DNA of 64,000 nucleotides from an uncultured virus (IMG/VR IMGVR_UViG_3300027573_000025) (IMGVR_UViG_3300027573_000025); one strand, 5' to 3'. Shown: positions 38,761 to 48,313, counted from the first letter of the stretch. Notes: generated from the letters alone by a model not told the origin. A program made the numbers and translations.

Positions 38761-39821
38761 TAGGGCAACTCCACGTCTTGCCAGCCCGATCCGGCCTCAA
38801 CCGCCGCTAGTAGTGTGGCGTCAGCAGTTTCTGCTGTGTAAGAATAAAAGCTCGATGGGTTAAAAATACTTTCGGGATTTAGTTCCTCAACGGTTGCACC
38901 ATCCAGGAGATACTCGCCAATGCACTTAGCATTAGCAGCCAAGCCATTAACTGTAGTGTTGAGCAGTAGGGTGACACCGCTTATATGTTTTTTGTAAATG
39001 TCATTCTCGGAATAAAATTTAACATTGTCACCCGCGTACACTCCTGAAATAGTGCGGTCCAGATAATTGTTGAAAGCATGTACCTTCGCCCAATGAGCCA
39101 GCGGATTTCTGACGTAAATCGCTTGGTAATGGTTATGATGCAGCGTAACCGTTATGCCGTCATCTACAGTCTCACCGAATGTAGAGATAAGTATAGCCTT
39201 ATCGCCCCAACCCAACTCAGCCGCGCCCGTACCACCATCACCGCCGCCAGAAGTCGTCGGGAATTTGCACCACGATACGGTAATTCCGTATGGCGCCACG
39301 TCGTTGCTGGGGTTGGCTGTACCCGATCCAATGTAGATGATTTCATCCGTCGCGTCATGGAATGTGCAATGATCTATCCAAACATTTGAAGCATCCTCCC
39401 CAACAGCTATCATGCAATTGCTTGTGTTGTCCTCCATCTTGATGTTGTGAATAATGACATTAGAAATGGGTCCATTACTTCCCGCATCCCACACGCCAAT
39501 CGTAATACCCTTGTTTGAAATCGTGATGTCCTGTCCCCTGCCATCGATTGTTTTGTTCGATCTGATACCAATGACTGTTGACAGTGTAATAGTTCCTGAT
39601 ACGTCGAAGACGATCCAATAAGGCGTTGTTGACTCCGCCCCTGCGCGAAGCGAACCGGCGCCGGAATCGTTTAGGTTGGTGACGTGATAGAGTGCGCCGC
39701 CAGCGCCGCCGGTGGTGTCTTTGCCAAAGCCGACGACGTTGGCAAGGATGTTCTCCCATGGTCGCAGATTGCTGGAACCTGCCGGCAAACCCGGCGCTTC
39801 GTAAGTTACTGTAGGCGCCAC
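38760..39821 (-). CDS. Pectate lyase (PL1-like) protein
   Basis: GFG..TTGG, VTNLNDSG.GSLR, SNKTIDGRG, VWIDH, RNP; GTG start overlapping the previous stop. Confidence 0.85.
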   Translation of the reverse strand: MAPTVTYEAPGLPAGSSNLRPWENILANVVGFGKDTTGGAGGALYHVTNLNDSGAGSLRAGAESTTPYWIVFDVSGTITLSTVIGIRSNKTIDGRGQDITISNKGITIGVWDAGSNGPISNVIIHNIKMEDNTSNCMIAVGEDASNVWIDHCTFHDATDEIIYIGSGTANPSNDVAPYGITVSWCKFPTTSGGGDGGTGAAELGWGDKAILISTFGETVDDGITVTLHHNHYQAIYVRNPLAHWAKVHAFNNYLDRTISGVYAGDNVKFYSENDIYKKHISGVTLLLNTTVNGLAANAKCIGEYLLDGATVEELNPESIFNPSSFYSYTAETADATLLAAVEAGSGWQDVELP

Positions 39822-40033
39822 TATCCCATCCCCGCGCCGGTCATGCCCAGTTTTCCCGGGTCCATGCTGAACTCGAAATGTCTTCGACCGCATACTTTGC
39901 AACGCTCCACCACGAGGTCCACCTTCAATTGGTGCGGCTCGCAGTTCTCTTTTATTCGGCAACACTCGACCGGCCTATCTTCTCGTGGAATGTAAGTGGC
40001 GCGGTAAAGTTCGCCTAATTCGGTGTCGCTCAT
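39821..40033 (-). CDS. Small Cys-rich protein
   Basis: ATGA coupling; CC...CKVCGRRH. Confidence 0.65.
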   Translation of the reverse strand: MSDTELGELYRATYIPREDRPVECCRIKENCEPHQLKVDLVVERCKVCGRRHFEFSMDPGKLGMTGAGMG

Positions 40034-40464
40034 GTAAGCGTAAAAATGTTGCCGGCTACGCCAACGGCGGCGTTGCTAAACTTGGCGCTGAATGTCTCGC
40101 CGTTGCCCAACGTCAAAGGTGACCCATAATCCCACCAGCATATTAAGCCAGTAGCCACGGTGCTATTTTGAAGCACGACATACTGCCAGCTTTGCCAATC
40201 GGCAGCGGTTGCCGTCCACATGAGCGACGTACCGCGAAGCCGTCCAGTGCCCGCTGGACTCTCATCGTATGTGTTGAGCGTGTCCTCACCGCCAGCCGTA
40301 TAGCCGGTGCCGGTCGGTTGCGTCACGTCGGTTAGTACCGTGTCGGTGTTGACGATTGGATCGGTGGCGCGTACTAAAGCAATCTTCAGCGCGTCCGTAT
40401 TAAGATTGACGCCAAGCCCAATCTGCTCGGCAAAGTCGAGTATCTTATTGTATGTTGCCATCAC
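40030..40464 (-). CDS. Conserved phage structural protein
   Basis: LKIALV, GTGYTAGG, LI.WWDYG...L..GETF motifs. Confidence 0.7.
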   Translation of the reverse strand: MMATYNKILDFAEQIGLGVNLNTDALKIALVRATDPIVNTDTVLTDVTQPTGTGYTAGGEDTLNTYDESPAGTGRLRGTSLMWTATAADWQSWQYVVLQNSTVATGLICWWDYGSPLTLGNGETFSAKFSNAAVGVAGNIFTLT

Positions 40465-40469
40465 TCCCC

Positions 40470-40925
40470 CTAAAGTTTATGCGCCGCCTTGAACGCCTCG
40501 AAGGCTTTCTTTACTGCGTCGAGTTCCGCCTGCTTTGCCGTCTTTTCCGCTCCAAGCTTGTCAATCTCCCTGCTGTACTGCGCGCCTAGTTCCCCAAGCT
40601 GCTCCATCTTGCGGTCATGATCCGCTCTAGTCTTGGCAAACTCGGCAGAAAGCGCCGCTGTCTTTGTAGCCATACCGTTAGTGAAATCGTCAAACGCTTT
40701 ACGCGCCACGTCGGTTTCCCGCGCCAGCTTCGCCTTGCTGGTTTCGAGCACGGCTATCTCGTCGGCGAGCGCCTTCTTGCGTGACTCGTCCTCTTTGGTC
40801 GCCTTGGCGAATGCCTTCTCGGCGGCTTCCGCCGATTCGACAATCTCGATACACGAGGTTATCGCGGGGGCGAACTGCATCATCGGCTTTAACGCTTCTC
40901 TGATTTGTATGGCTGTCATGGTCAT
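40470..40925 (-). CDS. Coiled-coil protein
   Basis: Ala/Lys/Glu-rich heptads. Confidence 0.7.
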   Translation of the reverse strand: MTMTAIQIREALKPMMQFAPAITSCIEIVESAEAAEKAFAKATKEDESRKKALADEIAVLETSKAKLARETDVARKAFDDFTNGMATKTAALSAEFAKTRADHDRKMEQLGELGAQYSREIDKLGAEKTAKQAELDAVKKAFEAFKAAHKL

Positions 40926-40934
40926 GGAAGCCCC

Positions 40935-41420
40935 CTATGGAGTGGTGTAACCGATTATCGTGATTTTGGTTAATTGTGTGGCGATGCCCAACACGCAGAT
41001 TGCATGTCCGGCGGTGATATGGATTGGCGTTTGAAGCTGAATGATTTGCACCGACTGCGCATTGGTCACGCCGACGTATTTGGTGCTTACGTTGTCGGCT
41101 GGCAATACCGCCGTGGTGCTAGTGCCGCAATTTGTCCCGGTGCCCGACTGGATAGACCACTGATTCGCCGTCGAAGTCGTGGACTGATTGATAATCGTGG
41201 TGATGTGATGCTGTTTGTCGGTAACAACGGCTTTTATTTCGGCTAATGAGGCGCCGACACCCGCGTGTCCCACGGTCCATTCCTGGGCGGCGCTGCCCTG
41301 GCGGGTGTACCATTGCGCGTCGGCTGGTCGCGTGTTCATCATTAACGCACTCAACCCGAACCACACCAACACAACAAGAAGTGCTATACCGGCGCGATAC
41401 TCTTGGATTACTTTTAACAT
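40935..41420 (-). CDS. Signal-peptide/TM-bearing virion-type protein
   Basis: AAGGAG RBS; hydrophobic N-terminus ending ADA. Confidence 0.7.
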   Translation of the reverse strand: MLKVIQEYRAGIALLVVLVWFGLSALMMNTRPADAQWYTRQGSAAQEWTVGHAGVGASLAEIKAVVTDKQHHITTIINQSTTSTANQWSIQSGTGTNCGTSTTAVLPADNVSTKYVGVTNAQSVQIIQLQTPIHITAGHAICVLGIATQLTKITIIGYTTP

Positions 41421-42034
41421 GAGTGCTCCTTCGGCAGTCCTAAAACGACGCGGCTTTGAGTTCCATCGCACCACTCTTTAATTTGCCAACGGCTTTCAAT
41501 CTTGGCTTGCCACCAGTGAGGCGATTCGATGGTAAGGTGCAAATCCTCGATAATCTCCATGTCGCTAAAATCTGCCGTGCTGGAAGGTACATGAGCGATG
41601 GTAAGAAGCCCGCCTTTGCGCGTAATCTTCGCCATGCCGTCCAGTGTCCGGTCGACATACTGCGGCGGTATATGCTCCAGCACATCGCAACAAAGTATCC
41701 AGTCGAATACCGGGAGGCCGTCGAGTTCCCACATATTGCCTTCGATGAATGGCAAGTCCACCTCACGCACGTCGACGAAATCGAACAACGTCACGTTGAG
41801 AACCCTGGGTTCTCCCCCTGGCATTTTCTTTTTATAGTCAGCAAGGTATTTACCAGCCCGCCCGGTACCGCAACCCAAGTCGATAACGGTGTCGCCCTGC
41901 TCTCGCGCAGAAGAAAAGAGAAAGTAAGCGGCTACACGCTCGCCTGGCGAGCCTCGGCGATAGGACTTATGCTGATAGGCACGCCAATACTTGCGCTTCT
42001 CCGATTCGAGGTCGGCTAAACTAGACTGCATCAT
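41414..42034 (-). CDS. Class I SAM-dependent methyltransferase
   Basis: VIDLGCGTG and DWILCCDVLEHI motifs. Confidence 0.85.
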   Translation of the reverse strand: MMQSSLADLESEKRKYWRAYQHKSYRRGSPGERVAAYFLFSSAREQGDTVIDLGCGTGRAGKYLADYKKKMPGGEPRVLNVTLFDFVDVREVDLPFIEGNMWELDGLPVFDWILCCDVLEHIPPQYVDRTLDGMAKITRKGGLLTIAHVPSSTADFSDMEIIEDLHLTIESPHWWQAKIESRWQIKEWCDGTQSRVVLGLPKEHSC

Positions 42035-42233
42035 CTGCGCGATCTTCCACCCAACCACCATACTCTTTGGTCGTTGCACTGCTTGGGCTTGCCGGTCTTT
42101 GGAAACGGCAGATAGTGTTGCCGGCTTTGTTGACTGCCATGTGCGCGTTGGTCCAGGTGTGGTCGGCTATCTTAGCCTTGGCCCATTCTTCAGCGGCTAT
42201 GCGCCCTACGGCGGTATCAGCGAAATTTGCCAT
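42021..42233 (-). CDS. Hypothetical protein
   Basis: GGAGG RBS. Confidence 0.65.
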   Translation of the reverse strand: MANFADTAVGRIAAEEWAKAKIADHTWTNAHMAVNKAGNTICRFQRPASPSSATTKEYGGWVEDRADDAV

Positions 42234-42237
42234 TGTA

Positions 42238-42510
42238 TTATTCCTCCCTTAGCGAGCATTGCCCGCGCCTGATAAGTGAAATGAGATGGTCATCTTCGGC
42301 TGGCCCGGCGTTGTGCAAACAAAACCCTTCCTTGATGGAACCATACGGGTCGGCAAGTAGGATAGGCATGTCGGTGTAGCGTTTGTCGTAGACGGTGCAG
42401 CGCGTAGACATCGGCATACCAGCGATACCGCCAATATCGAGATACTGGCACTTGAAGTTGCCTATCCAGCAACAGTTGCCGCATTGATTACAGTGTCCAG
42501 AGATACTCAC
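42238..42510 (-). CDS. CxxCxxCC (YkgJ-like) metal-cluster protein
   Basis: CNQCGNCC...C..L...CTVYDKR. Confidence 0.75.
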   Translation of the reverse strand: MSISGHCNQCGNCCWIGNFKCQYLDIGGIAGMPMSTRCTVYDKRYTDMPILLADPYGSIKEGFCLHNAGPAEDDHLISLIRRGQCSLREE

Positions 42511-43072
42511 GAGTCCATCCTGACATGCTATGCAATGTTTTCTTAAACTCCGGGTTCCGGTTTACTTCCGCCTTGAACTGGCTCTGTACTTTCGAGTATC
42601 CGCCATTGATCGTGTCGTCCGGTTGCCAAAAGCACGGTGTTGAATCTGTAGGGCATCCACAAAGTACGATAGGTTGGCAACCCATCAAGTGAGCTACTTG
42701 CGCTGCGAACAAACCTGAAAGAGCAAAAATAGGTGTCAGTCCCATCCATTGGTGCCATTCCCTTTCTCCATATAAGCCGCCGTCATGTACCCTGAAATCC
42801 TTATTGCCATATCCCTTGCTAGTTGCATCGCGCCTGAGTCCTACCCAACAATCAAGTTTCGGAGTGTGAAGAGAAACCATATGATCCACATGAGGAAGAT
42901 AGACGCCAACATCGTTAGCAGCAAAGATAACGCATCGGCCCATTGCTGACTCGGCGGCCTTAACTTCCTCAAAGACTCCCTTCGCATTCCCGGCGACTAT
43001 CGCCGGCTGGCCGCGAAGTTCTCCTAAGAGTTCTTCGCAGCCTTCGCCAGTGTATCCGCTCGACTCCCACAC
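42488..43072 (-). CDS. Maf/DUF115-like Rossmann-fold (glycosyltransferase-like) protein
   Basis: AIVAGNA, IFAAND, SGLFA...LMG..PIVLCG motifs; GTG start overlapping the previous stop. Confidence 0.6.
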   Translation of the reverse strand: MWESSGYTGEGCEELLGELRGQPAIVAGNAKGVFEEVKAAESAMGRCVIFAANDVGVYLPHVDHMVSLHTPKLDCWVGLRRDATSKGYGNKDFRVHDGGLYGEREWHQWMGLTPIFALSGLFAAQVAHLMGCQPIVLCGCPTDSTPCFWQPDDTINGGYSKVQSQFKAEVNRNPEFKKTLHSMSGWTREYLWTL

Positions 43073-43563
43073 TACGCCACAAAGCGAAATGTGTAATAGA
43101 ATATCTTCGTGGCTACCGGAACAACCGCCGCCCAAGTGGCGATTACAACCTGGTCCGTTGTCGGCTTGTAGTGGTGCCCGGTGGCGTTGATCGTGGCAAT
43201 CGCCGCCACGTCGCAATCGAACGCCGTGATGTACTTGTCTGCCGTGGCGCTGGTGCCGATTGCCAGGGTCAAGCTGGCGCCCGCTGAGGCGCCCATAGCC
43301 TCGGTCGTTACCGTGGCACCGATGCACTTCCAGCCGGCCCGGTGGATAAACAGCTTGACTGTGCCGCTGGCCGTTTCTGACGTTCCGACAACGTAGGTGC
43401 CGGCGCCGACCGTGTGCGAGTCACTGATAATAATTTCCTCGCCGAACCGCTCCGTTGACCGGAATGGCCTGCCGAGAATGTCGTGGTTCTGATACGACGT
43501 TGAGCGAAGCTCGCTCGCCGTGCCACGACTCGATAGCAATACCCGCTTGATGAACTGAAACAT
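43072..43563 (-). CDS. Capsid decoration/cement-like protein
   Basis: Directly downstream of the capsid gene; beta-rich. Confidence 0.6.
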   Translation of the reverse strand: MFQFIKRVLLSSRGTASELRSTSYQNHDILGRPFRSTERFGEEIIISDSHTVGAGTYVVGTSETASGTVKLFIHRAGWKCIGATVTTEAMGASAGASLTLAIGTSATADKYITAFDCDVAAIATINATGHHYKPTTDQVVIATWAAVVPVATKIFYYTFRFVA

Positions 43564-43620
43564 ATGAATGTCCTCTCTAGGGCGTTCTCCATTTCCACCC
43601 TAATTAGCTGAAGTTGTTGT

Positions 43621-44586
43621 TTAATTTTCCTTGGCGATAATCAAAACGACTGCACCTTCCCACAAGCGCACGGCGCCAAACGTCGCACTTATGTAGACCT
43701 GATTGTCATAGTTGAGGTCGTCACGTTCACTCACCCTCGGCGTGAACTCCTGACCACTCGAAAAACCTACTGCGCTTTTCGACATCGCAATCATGCTTCG
43801 GCTGTTAGCGTCGTACATCGGCAGGATGGTCTGCAATGCGACGGCGGTGGCGTCGTCCACCCAAGTGGTTTGATCGCCATAATCCTGAACCAATGTCCAA
43901 TCGAACCCTTGCCACGCATGACCATTCATTGAACCACTGTCCATGATTCTCGGAGTGCTGGTAAAATCTGAAGATGACGCCTGCGTGATTGCCATGATGT
44001 CGGTTTCTTGCCCGGCACCGTAAAACATCACACGGTTTTGTGGGCCGGTCGGCACATAGCCTTTAGTCAACAGCACGCCTGCGCTGATGATGACCGTCAG
44101 GTTGATTGCCGTGTTGGTCGTGCCGACGATCCGGCTGGTAAGCATGGCCTGGGTGCCATAGGTCATTTGACCTGTGGTGCCGGAAGTCGTAATTACCATG
44201 GCATCGCCTACCGCCGCCGATAGTAACGCCGCATCACGCGAGCGCACCGCAGCCGCCGAGAGTTCGCGCACATACTCGGACTGCGGGTTGATAAGCGCCC
44301 GCACCAAGTCGACGTTTTTGCTGACCAAGCAGGCGCCGCCAATAGACTGCACCGGACAGCCGCGCCGGGTGTGGTTGGGGTTGAGAATAGGTGTGGTGCT
44401 ATGCGCGCCGATTGGCACCAGCATGACACCGCCCATCCGTTCCCAGGTGTCGATCGCTGCGCTAACGCCCATGTGCTTGACGGCTGGAGCAATCTTGTCG
44501 AATACGACGGCTTCGCGCTGCTCCATGTTGGCGAGAATGTTTTGGTTGAATTGATGGACATATGCCATCGGAAAACTGGTACTCAT
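43621..44586 (-). CDS. Major capsid protein
   Basis: 321 aa after the scaffold; AYV.QF, NPQS.Y, SSDF, GAVRL.E..V motifs of BPP-1-like capsids. Confidence 0.88.
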   Translation of the reverse strand: MSTSFPMAYVHQFNQNILANMEQREAVVFDKIAPAVKHMGVSAAIDTWERMGGVMLVPIGAHSTTPILNPNHTRRGCPVQSIGGACLVSKNVDLVRALINPQSEYVRELSAAAVRSRDAALLSAAVGDAMVITTSGTTGQMTYGTQAMLTSRIVGTTNTAINLTVIISAGVLLTKGYVPTGPQNRVMFYGAGQETDIMAITQASSSDFTSTPRIMDSGSMNGHAWQGFDWTLVQDYGDQTTWVDDATAVALQTILPMYDANSRSMIAMSKSAVGFSSGQEFTPRVSERDDLNYDNQVYISATFGAVRLWEGAVVLIIAKEN

Positions 44587-44589
44587 GGA

Positions 44590-44750
44590 TTTATCCTTTC
44601 AGGGTTATATACTCTCGGCAATTAAGCGAGACCGAGAATCGCCCGGTGGAGGTGCCCGCATTGCACGGACTCCATCTGACTCGTCGTGAGTCAACGCCAC
44701 GGCTTTCCGTGGAGCCATCGGACTAACCTTGAAAGGTTAGGTGCCCGAAG
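44590..44750 (-). promoter_or_regulatory. Structured 5' leader RNA of the major capsid gene
   Basis: Five hairpins; CGGGCAC/GUCCG internal-loop motif twice; invariant between copies over the 127 bp visible. Confidence 0.65.
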
Positions 44751-44761
44751 AAAACGCTTAC

Positions 44762-44989
44762 CTAATCGTCTTTTTCACCCTTGCCCGCCGGAGCATCGCC
44801 GCGATAGTAGCGGTCAACGATCTCGTAGGGTACTCCACTTAGGCGCACGGCATCGCTTCTGCTAATACCGTTCTTTTTCATTCTGCCGATTGCTATCGTC
44901 ATCGCGCCTGACTCCCAAACATCCTTTTTAACGTCTATTGAATGCTGGCGCTTCATAAGAGTTTTTTTGTCTACCATTATTTCAGACAT
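44762..44989 (-). CDS. Small HTH-like protein (copy B)
   Basis: Homolog of 345-572. Confidence 0.65.
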   Translation of the reverse strand: MSEIMVDKKTLMKRQHSIDVKKDVWESGAMTIAIGRMKKNGISRSDAVRLSGVPYEIVDRYYRGDAPAGKGEKDD

Positions 44990-44999
44990 TGCATTTCTC

Positions 45000-45848
45000 C
45001 TATATTTCTATCGTACCCGGATAACCCTTTTTCATCAACTGATTAACATACTCGGTAACGTCGGGATCGCCCTGGTGATACGCTTTGTACTTGGGGTTTT
45101 CTTTGTTACGGATGATGTCCTTTGCCTCCAACACCGCCGCATTGCCGTCGTGCGACGTTGCCCCGTTAGCCGTACCACCGAAATCAGTTTGAGTCATTTT
45201 CGCCACCAGTCCTATTAGTTTTACCATTGCCGGATGATCGCCTAGCGCCAGCGCCTTGTTCTCCGAGGCTTGCCCGTATGGAGCCACACCATCGTTGAGT
45301 AAGTCCTTGAGTTCGGGAATATCGCGGGAGAGCAAGTCTACGTTCTGCTTGTACTCGGCAATGCGTTGGGTCGACTCGCCCTTGAATATATCCGCCATCA
45401 GCGCGTCGACGTGCTCGCCCTGAATAAAGTCCACTTCGGCGCCCTTGGCAGGTAGGAGAGCGGGTAGAATATCCTTAGCGAAGGTTTCGACTAGCCCCGC
45501 CGCTTGCGTCTTAGACAGTCCTAGCTGGTGCGCTTTTTCGCGGAAAACGCCTAGAGTCTTATCGGACTTGATGACTTCATCGGCCATGCCGTCAAACTTG
45601 AACTCGTAATCGTCGGCTTTTGCCGGCGGCATACGGTCGGCGAATACATGCTGGAGTTTCGGCAAGTGTTGAGTCTTCCAGGCTTCGAGTTCCTTGGGAT
45701 CGTTGCCGGGTATCGCCACCGAGCGGCCCTGGTACGACTCCATCTCACTGAAGCCCTTCACCAGCGAGCCAACATCGTTGTACTTTTGTACTGCCGAACT
45801 GCCGCGTAGTTCCTCGGGTAGACTCTGCACTATGTCGTCAGGTAGCAT
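45000..45848 (-). CDS. Scaffolding protein (copy B)
   Basis: Near-identical protein to 583-1434. Confidence 0.8.
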   Translation of the reverse strand: MLPDDIVQSLPEELRGSSAVQKYNDVGSLVKGFSEMESYQGRSVAIPGNDPKELEAWKTQHLPKLQHVFADRMPPAKADDYEFKFDGMADEVIKSDKTLGVFREKAHQLGLSKTQAAGLVETFAKDILPALLPAKGAEVDFIQGEHVDALMADIFKGESTQRIAEYKQNVDLLSRDIPELKDLLNDGVAPYGQASENKALALGDHPAMVKLIGLVAKMTQTDFGGTANGATSHDGNAAVLEAKDIIRNKENPKYKAYHQGDPDVTEYVNQLMKKGYPGTIEI

Positions 45849-46105
45849 TACATTTCCTCATTCAATTTGACTAAGACAGCCGTCCTACTCATGGCGATGG
45901 TCAGAATGGTGCGCGATAAGCGCCGCATTCCTTCAGCCATGCCGCGCTCAAATTCCGTAGCGCCCTCCACGTCCTCTGAAATAATAGTGCTGAAATAATC
46001 CCACAACACACCGCCCTGGAATACCGCCGCCCGTATTGCCTCGTCGATTTGCTCAGGGGTGCGCTCGACATAAGTGAGCCTGATTTTACGCTGCCGCTTC
46101 ATCAA
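45848..46105 (-). CDS. Small head-module protein (copy B)
   Basis: Homolog of 1434-1691. Confidence 0.6.
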   Translation of the reverse strand: MMKRQRKIRLTYVERTPEQIDEAIRAAVFQGGVLWDYFSTIISEDVEGATEFERGMAEGMRRLSRTILTIAMSRTAVLVKLNEEM

Positions 46106-46268
46106 GCTGCTTATCCCACTGGTTGATAAACTCCACTACATCCTTGAGTGTCGGTTCATGGTCGTAGCACTGACTCATGCCCCGATTGTCTATCTTCAAA
46201 AAGAGTTGATACGGCATTAACTGAGGCGTCCTGCCGGGTAGTATCGAGTAGTCGCAAAATACCTTCAT
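46086..46268 (-). CDS. Hypothetical protein (copy B)
   Basis: Homolog of 1672-1854. Confidence 0.65.
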   Translation of the reverse strand: MKVFCDYSILPGRTPQLMPYQLFLKIDNRGMSQCYDHEPTLKDVVEFINQWDKQLDEAAA

Positions 46269-47941
46269 GCCGCTGCCTGACCTCCGCTTGCACCTTCTCT
46301 TGTTACCTTGATATACGGGGCAACTTTTCCAGCGGCTTCTGCCGCCCCCATGCCGAGTGCCGCCATCTTCTCGGCGTTCTGCTGCGCGAGCAGCTTGTTG
46401 ACCTTCTGGTTGAACTCGTACTCGCTGATAAGCATGTCCTGGGTGCCGCGAATCTCGAAGAGCTTGCGGCTGACTTTCTTGAAGTCGACAAGCTGAAGTA
46501 CCTGGGGGTCGAACTGTTGAATACCTGCAAGGTCGGCGACGGACTGCTGGAGGTCGGTTATCTCCTGGTTTCTTGCTGCACGCGCCAATGGCGATTCGTA
46601 GCTTACGGCTAACGCGCCGTCCACCGCACCTTGTCTGAGAATGTCGGGAGGTTCTTGCAACATGCCGGCGTGCGCCATGTTGTCGAGCGTGACGTTGATG
46701 ACTACGCTTTGATAGTCCTGTTCAAGGCGGGAATATACCGGACCTTGGATTTGCTGGAGTAAATTAAGCCGGGCATTCGTTTCAAACGCCGTAAGTTCTG
46801 GTTTTTCTCTGCTGAGGAGATTAAGGATTTCAGAGACGTGGTAGATACGAAGTATCTGCTCGACTTTCCTTTTACGCATGAGATCATCGGCTTGCCAGTT
46901 AGGCTGGTCAAACAACTGTCGCACAGAGTTGTTTGGATCAGTGACAACAGTATCGCCTCCAGCTCTCTTATTGAGAATACCGTTGATGATAGAATTTCTT
47001 TTCGATAGAGTCGGCGGGTCAAGCTGGCGGTCCCACATGAGCATTTCTTTTTTATCTGCTTCATTCATCGTCCTCGCATCGGGCAGCGCCATTTCACTAG
47101 GACCGCGCCCGTAAGGCTCACCGGCTATCAAATCGTAACGCGCCACTGCCACCGGGAATAGCCGGTAGCCCGACTCACGCACCAGCCTTAGTTTTTCTTT
47201 CTCCACCCAACATGACGCCCAGGGTAGTTGGTTGGACTTCTTGAGTTTGGTGCCGGAGTATTCGAGATTCTCGCGTGGACTGATGGAGTGTAGAAACGTC
47301 ACGTCACGGTAGGGAGTCTTGTCGAGTTGACGGTTAAGGTCATCGGATAAGCCGTAGTTTACTCCGCCGTCCTCTTCGAACATCTTGTGCGCATTGACTA
47401 GCTTGATAGTCACTTCCCGGATAAAGGTGTCTATCTTGCCGTCCGGTCCCTCACACATAACGTAACTGCCAAAGGGAATAGCTGTGTAACGCAGTTGATT
47501 CAGTCCATTGCGGGTCTGCGGTACCATCTCGCACAAAAGCGGTCCATTGCCCATATTGATCCAGGAGTTGATGGCTTGGCCGTTACCCTGGTAGAAGTTA
47601 CTGCGCCGGAATGCCAAGAGCATTGCGGTGGTCCAGTCCTTGAGACAATTAGCGGCATCGGAATCCTCGTTTATTTCCGGGTCGGAATGCCCGAGTCCAA
47701 ACCAGCGGGTAGCCGAGTTGCACACCGCGCCCTGGATAAACTGGCTGAGAATGAAAGAGCCGTAGGTGGCCGTCGAGTCGAATATCTTGCGGGTGCGCCT
47801 CTCGCCTGGCGCCCTGGTGCGCTCAACGTCTTTGTAGAACGGGGCTATGTAGTCGATAACATCTTGTACAATGGTGTCAAGGTTCACCCTCTCTGCCTTG
47901 AGCGTTTCGTAATTCTTGGCGATGGACTGAGGTAGGTTCAT
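46265..47941 (-). CDS. Portal protein (copy B)
   Basis: Homolog of 1851-3527, mostly synonymous changes. Confidence 0.92.
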   Translation of the reverse strand: MNLPQSIAKNYETLKAERVNLDTIVQDVIDYIAPFYKDVERTRAPGERRTRKIFDSTATYGSFILSQFIQGAVCNSATRWFGLGHSDPEINEDSDAANCLKDWTTAMLLAFRRSNFYQGNGQAINSWINMGNGPLLCEMVPQTRNGLNQLRYTAIPFGSYVMCEGPDGKIDTFIREVTIKLVNAHKMFEEDGGVNYGLSDDLNRQLDKTPYRDVTFLHSISPRENLEYSGTKLKKSNQLPWASCWVEKEKLRLVRESGYRLFPVAVARYDLIAGEPYGRGPSEMALPDARTMNEADKKEMLMWDRQLDPPTLSKRNSIINGILNKRAGGDTVVTDPNNSVRQLFDQPNWQADDLMRKRKVEQILRIYHVSEILNLLSREKPELTAFETNARLNLLQQIQGPVYSRLEQDYQSVVINVTLDNMAHAGMLQEPPDILRQGAVDGALAVSYESPLARAARNQEITDLQQSVADLAGIQQFDPQVLQLVDFKKVSRKLFEIRGTQDMLISEYEFNQKVNKLLAQQNAEKMAALGMGAAEAAGKVAPYIKVTREGASGGQAAA

Positions 47942-48126
47942 TATTGTCCGACATTGCCGAGATTAGTGCCGGTGATAATGGTTGAACTACGACCCTGTGC
48001 CATCATGGAGCGGCGCCGGGCCTCGGTTTCAGACTGTTGGATTTGCGTACTTGCCGTCGATGGCGGGGTTTTCTGCTTGGGGAATTTAGGTGGTGGTGCG
48101 CCGGCGAACATATCTCTTAGCATCAT
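47941..48126 (-). CDS. Small Pro-rich virion protein (copy B)
   Basis: Homolog of 3524-3706. Confidence 0.7.
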   Translation of the reverse strand: MMLRDMFAGAPPPKFPKQKTPPSTASTQIQQSETEARRRSMMAQGRSSTIITGTNLGNVGQ

Positions 48127-48313
48127 GGGCGGGGTACTCCTAAGAACCATTACTCGCTTTTAGGCTTGCTTGTCAATAGGTTATCGGTTATAAGCGGCTA
48201 TGAACATGATGGTGTTCACAATCAATCGTTTTTAGTTTGCGCGGTCAGACAGCCAGCCCCCAAAGCTGGTGCTGCCATCACAGCGGTCTGGCCGCGCATT
48301 TTCTAGGAGTACC

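Larger units (their letters stand above)
1..44622. mobile_element. Podovirus-like phage genome, copy A (one full circularly permuted unit, 44,622 bp)
   Basis: Complete set of packaging, head, tail, lysis and early genes; the sequence at 1 recurs at 44623. Confidence 0.9.

Noticed and set aside
15195..44586. Diversity-generating retroelement, given the BPP-1-like structural genes
   Set aside because: No reverse transcriptase motif and no TR/VR pair with adenine-specific differences seen.
44600..44760. Prophage att site at the junction
   Set aside because: No integrase or host DNA; the junction lies inside the head operon.
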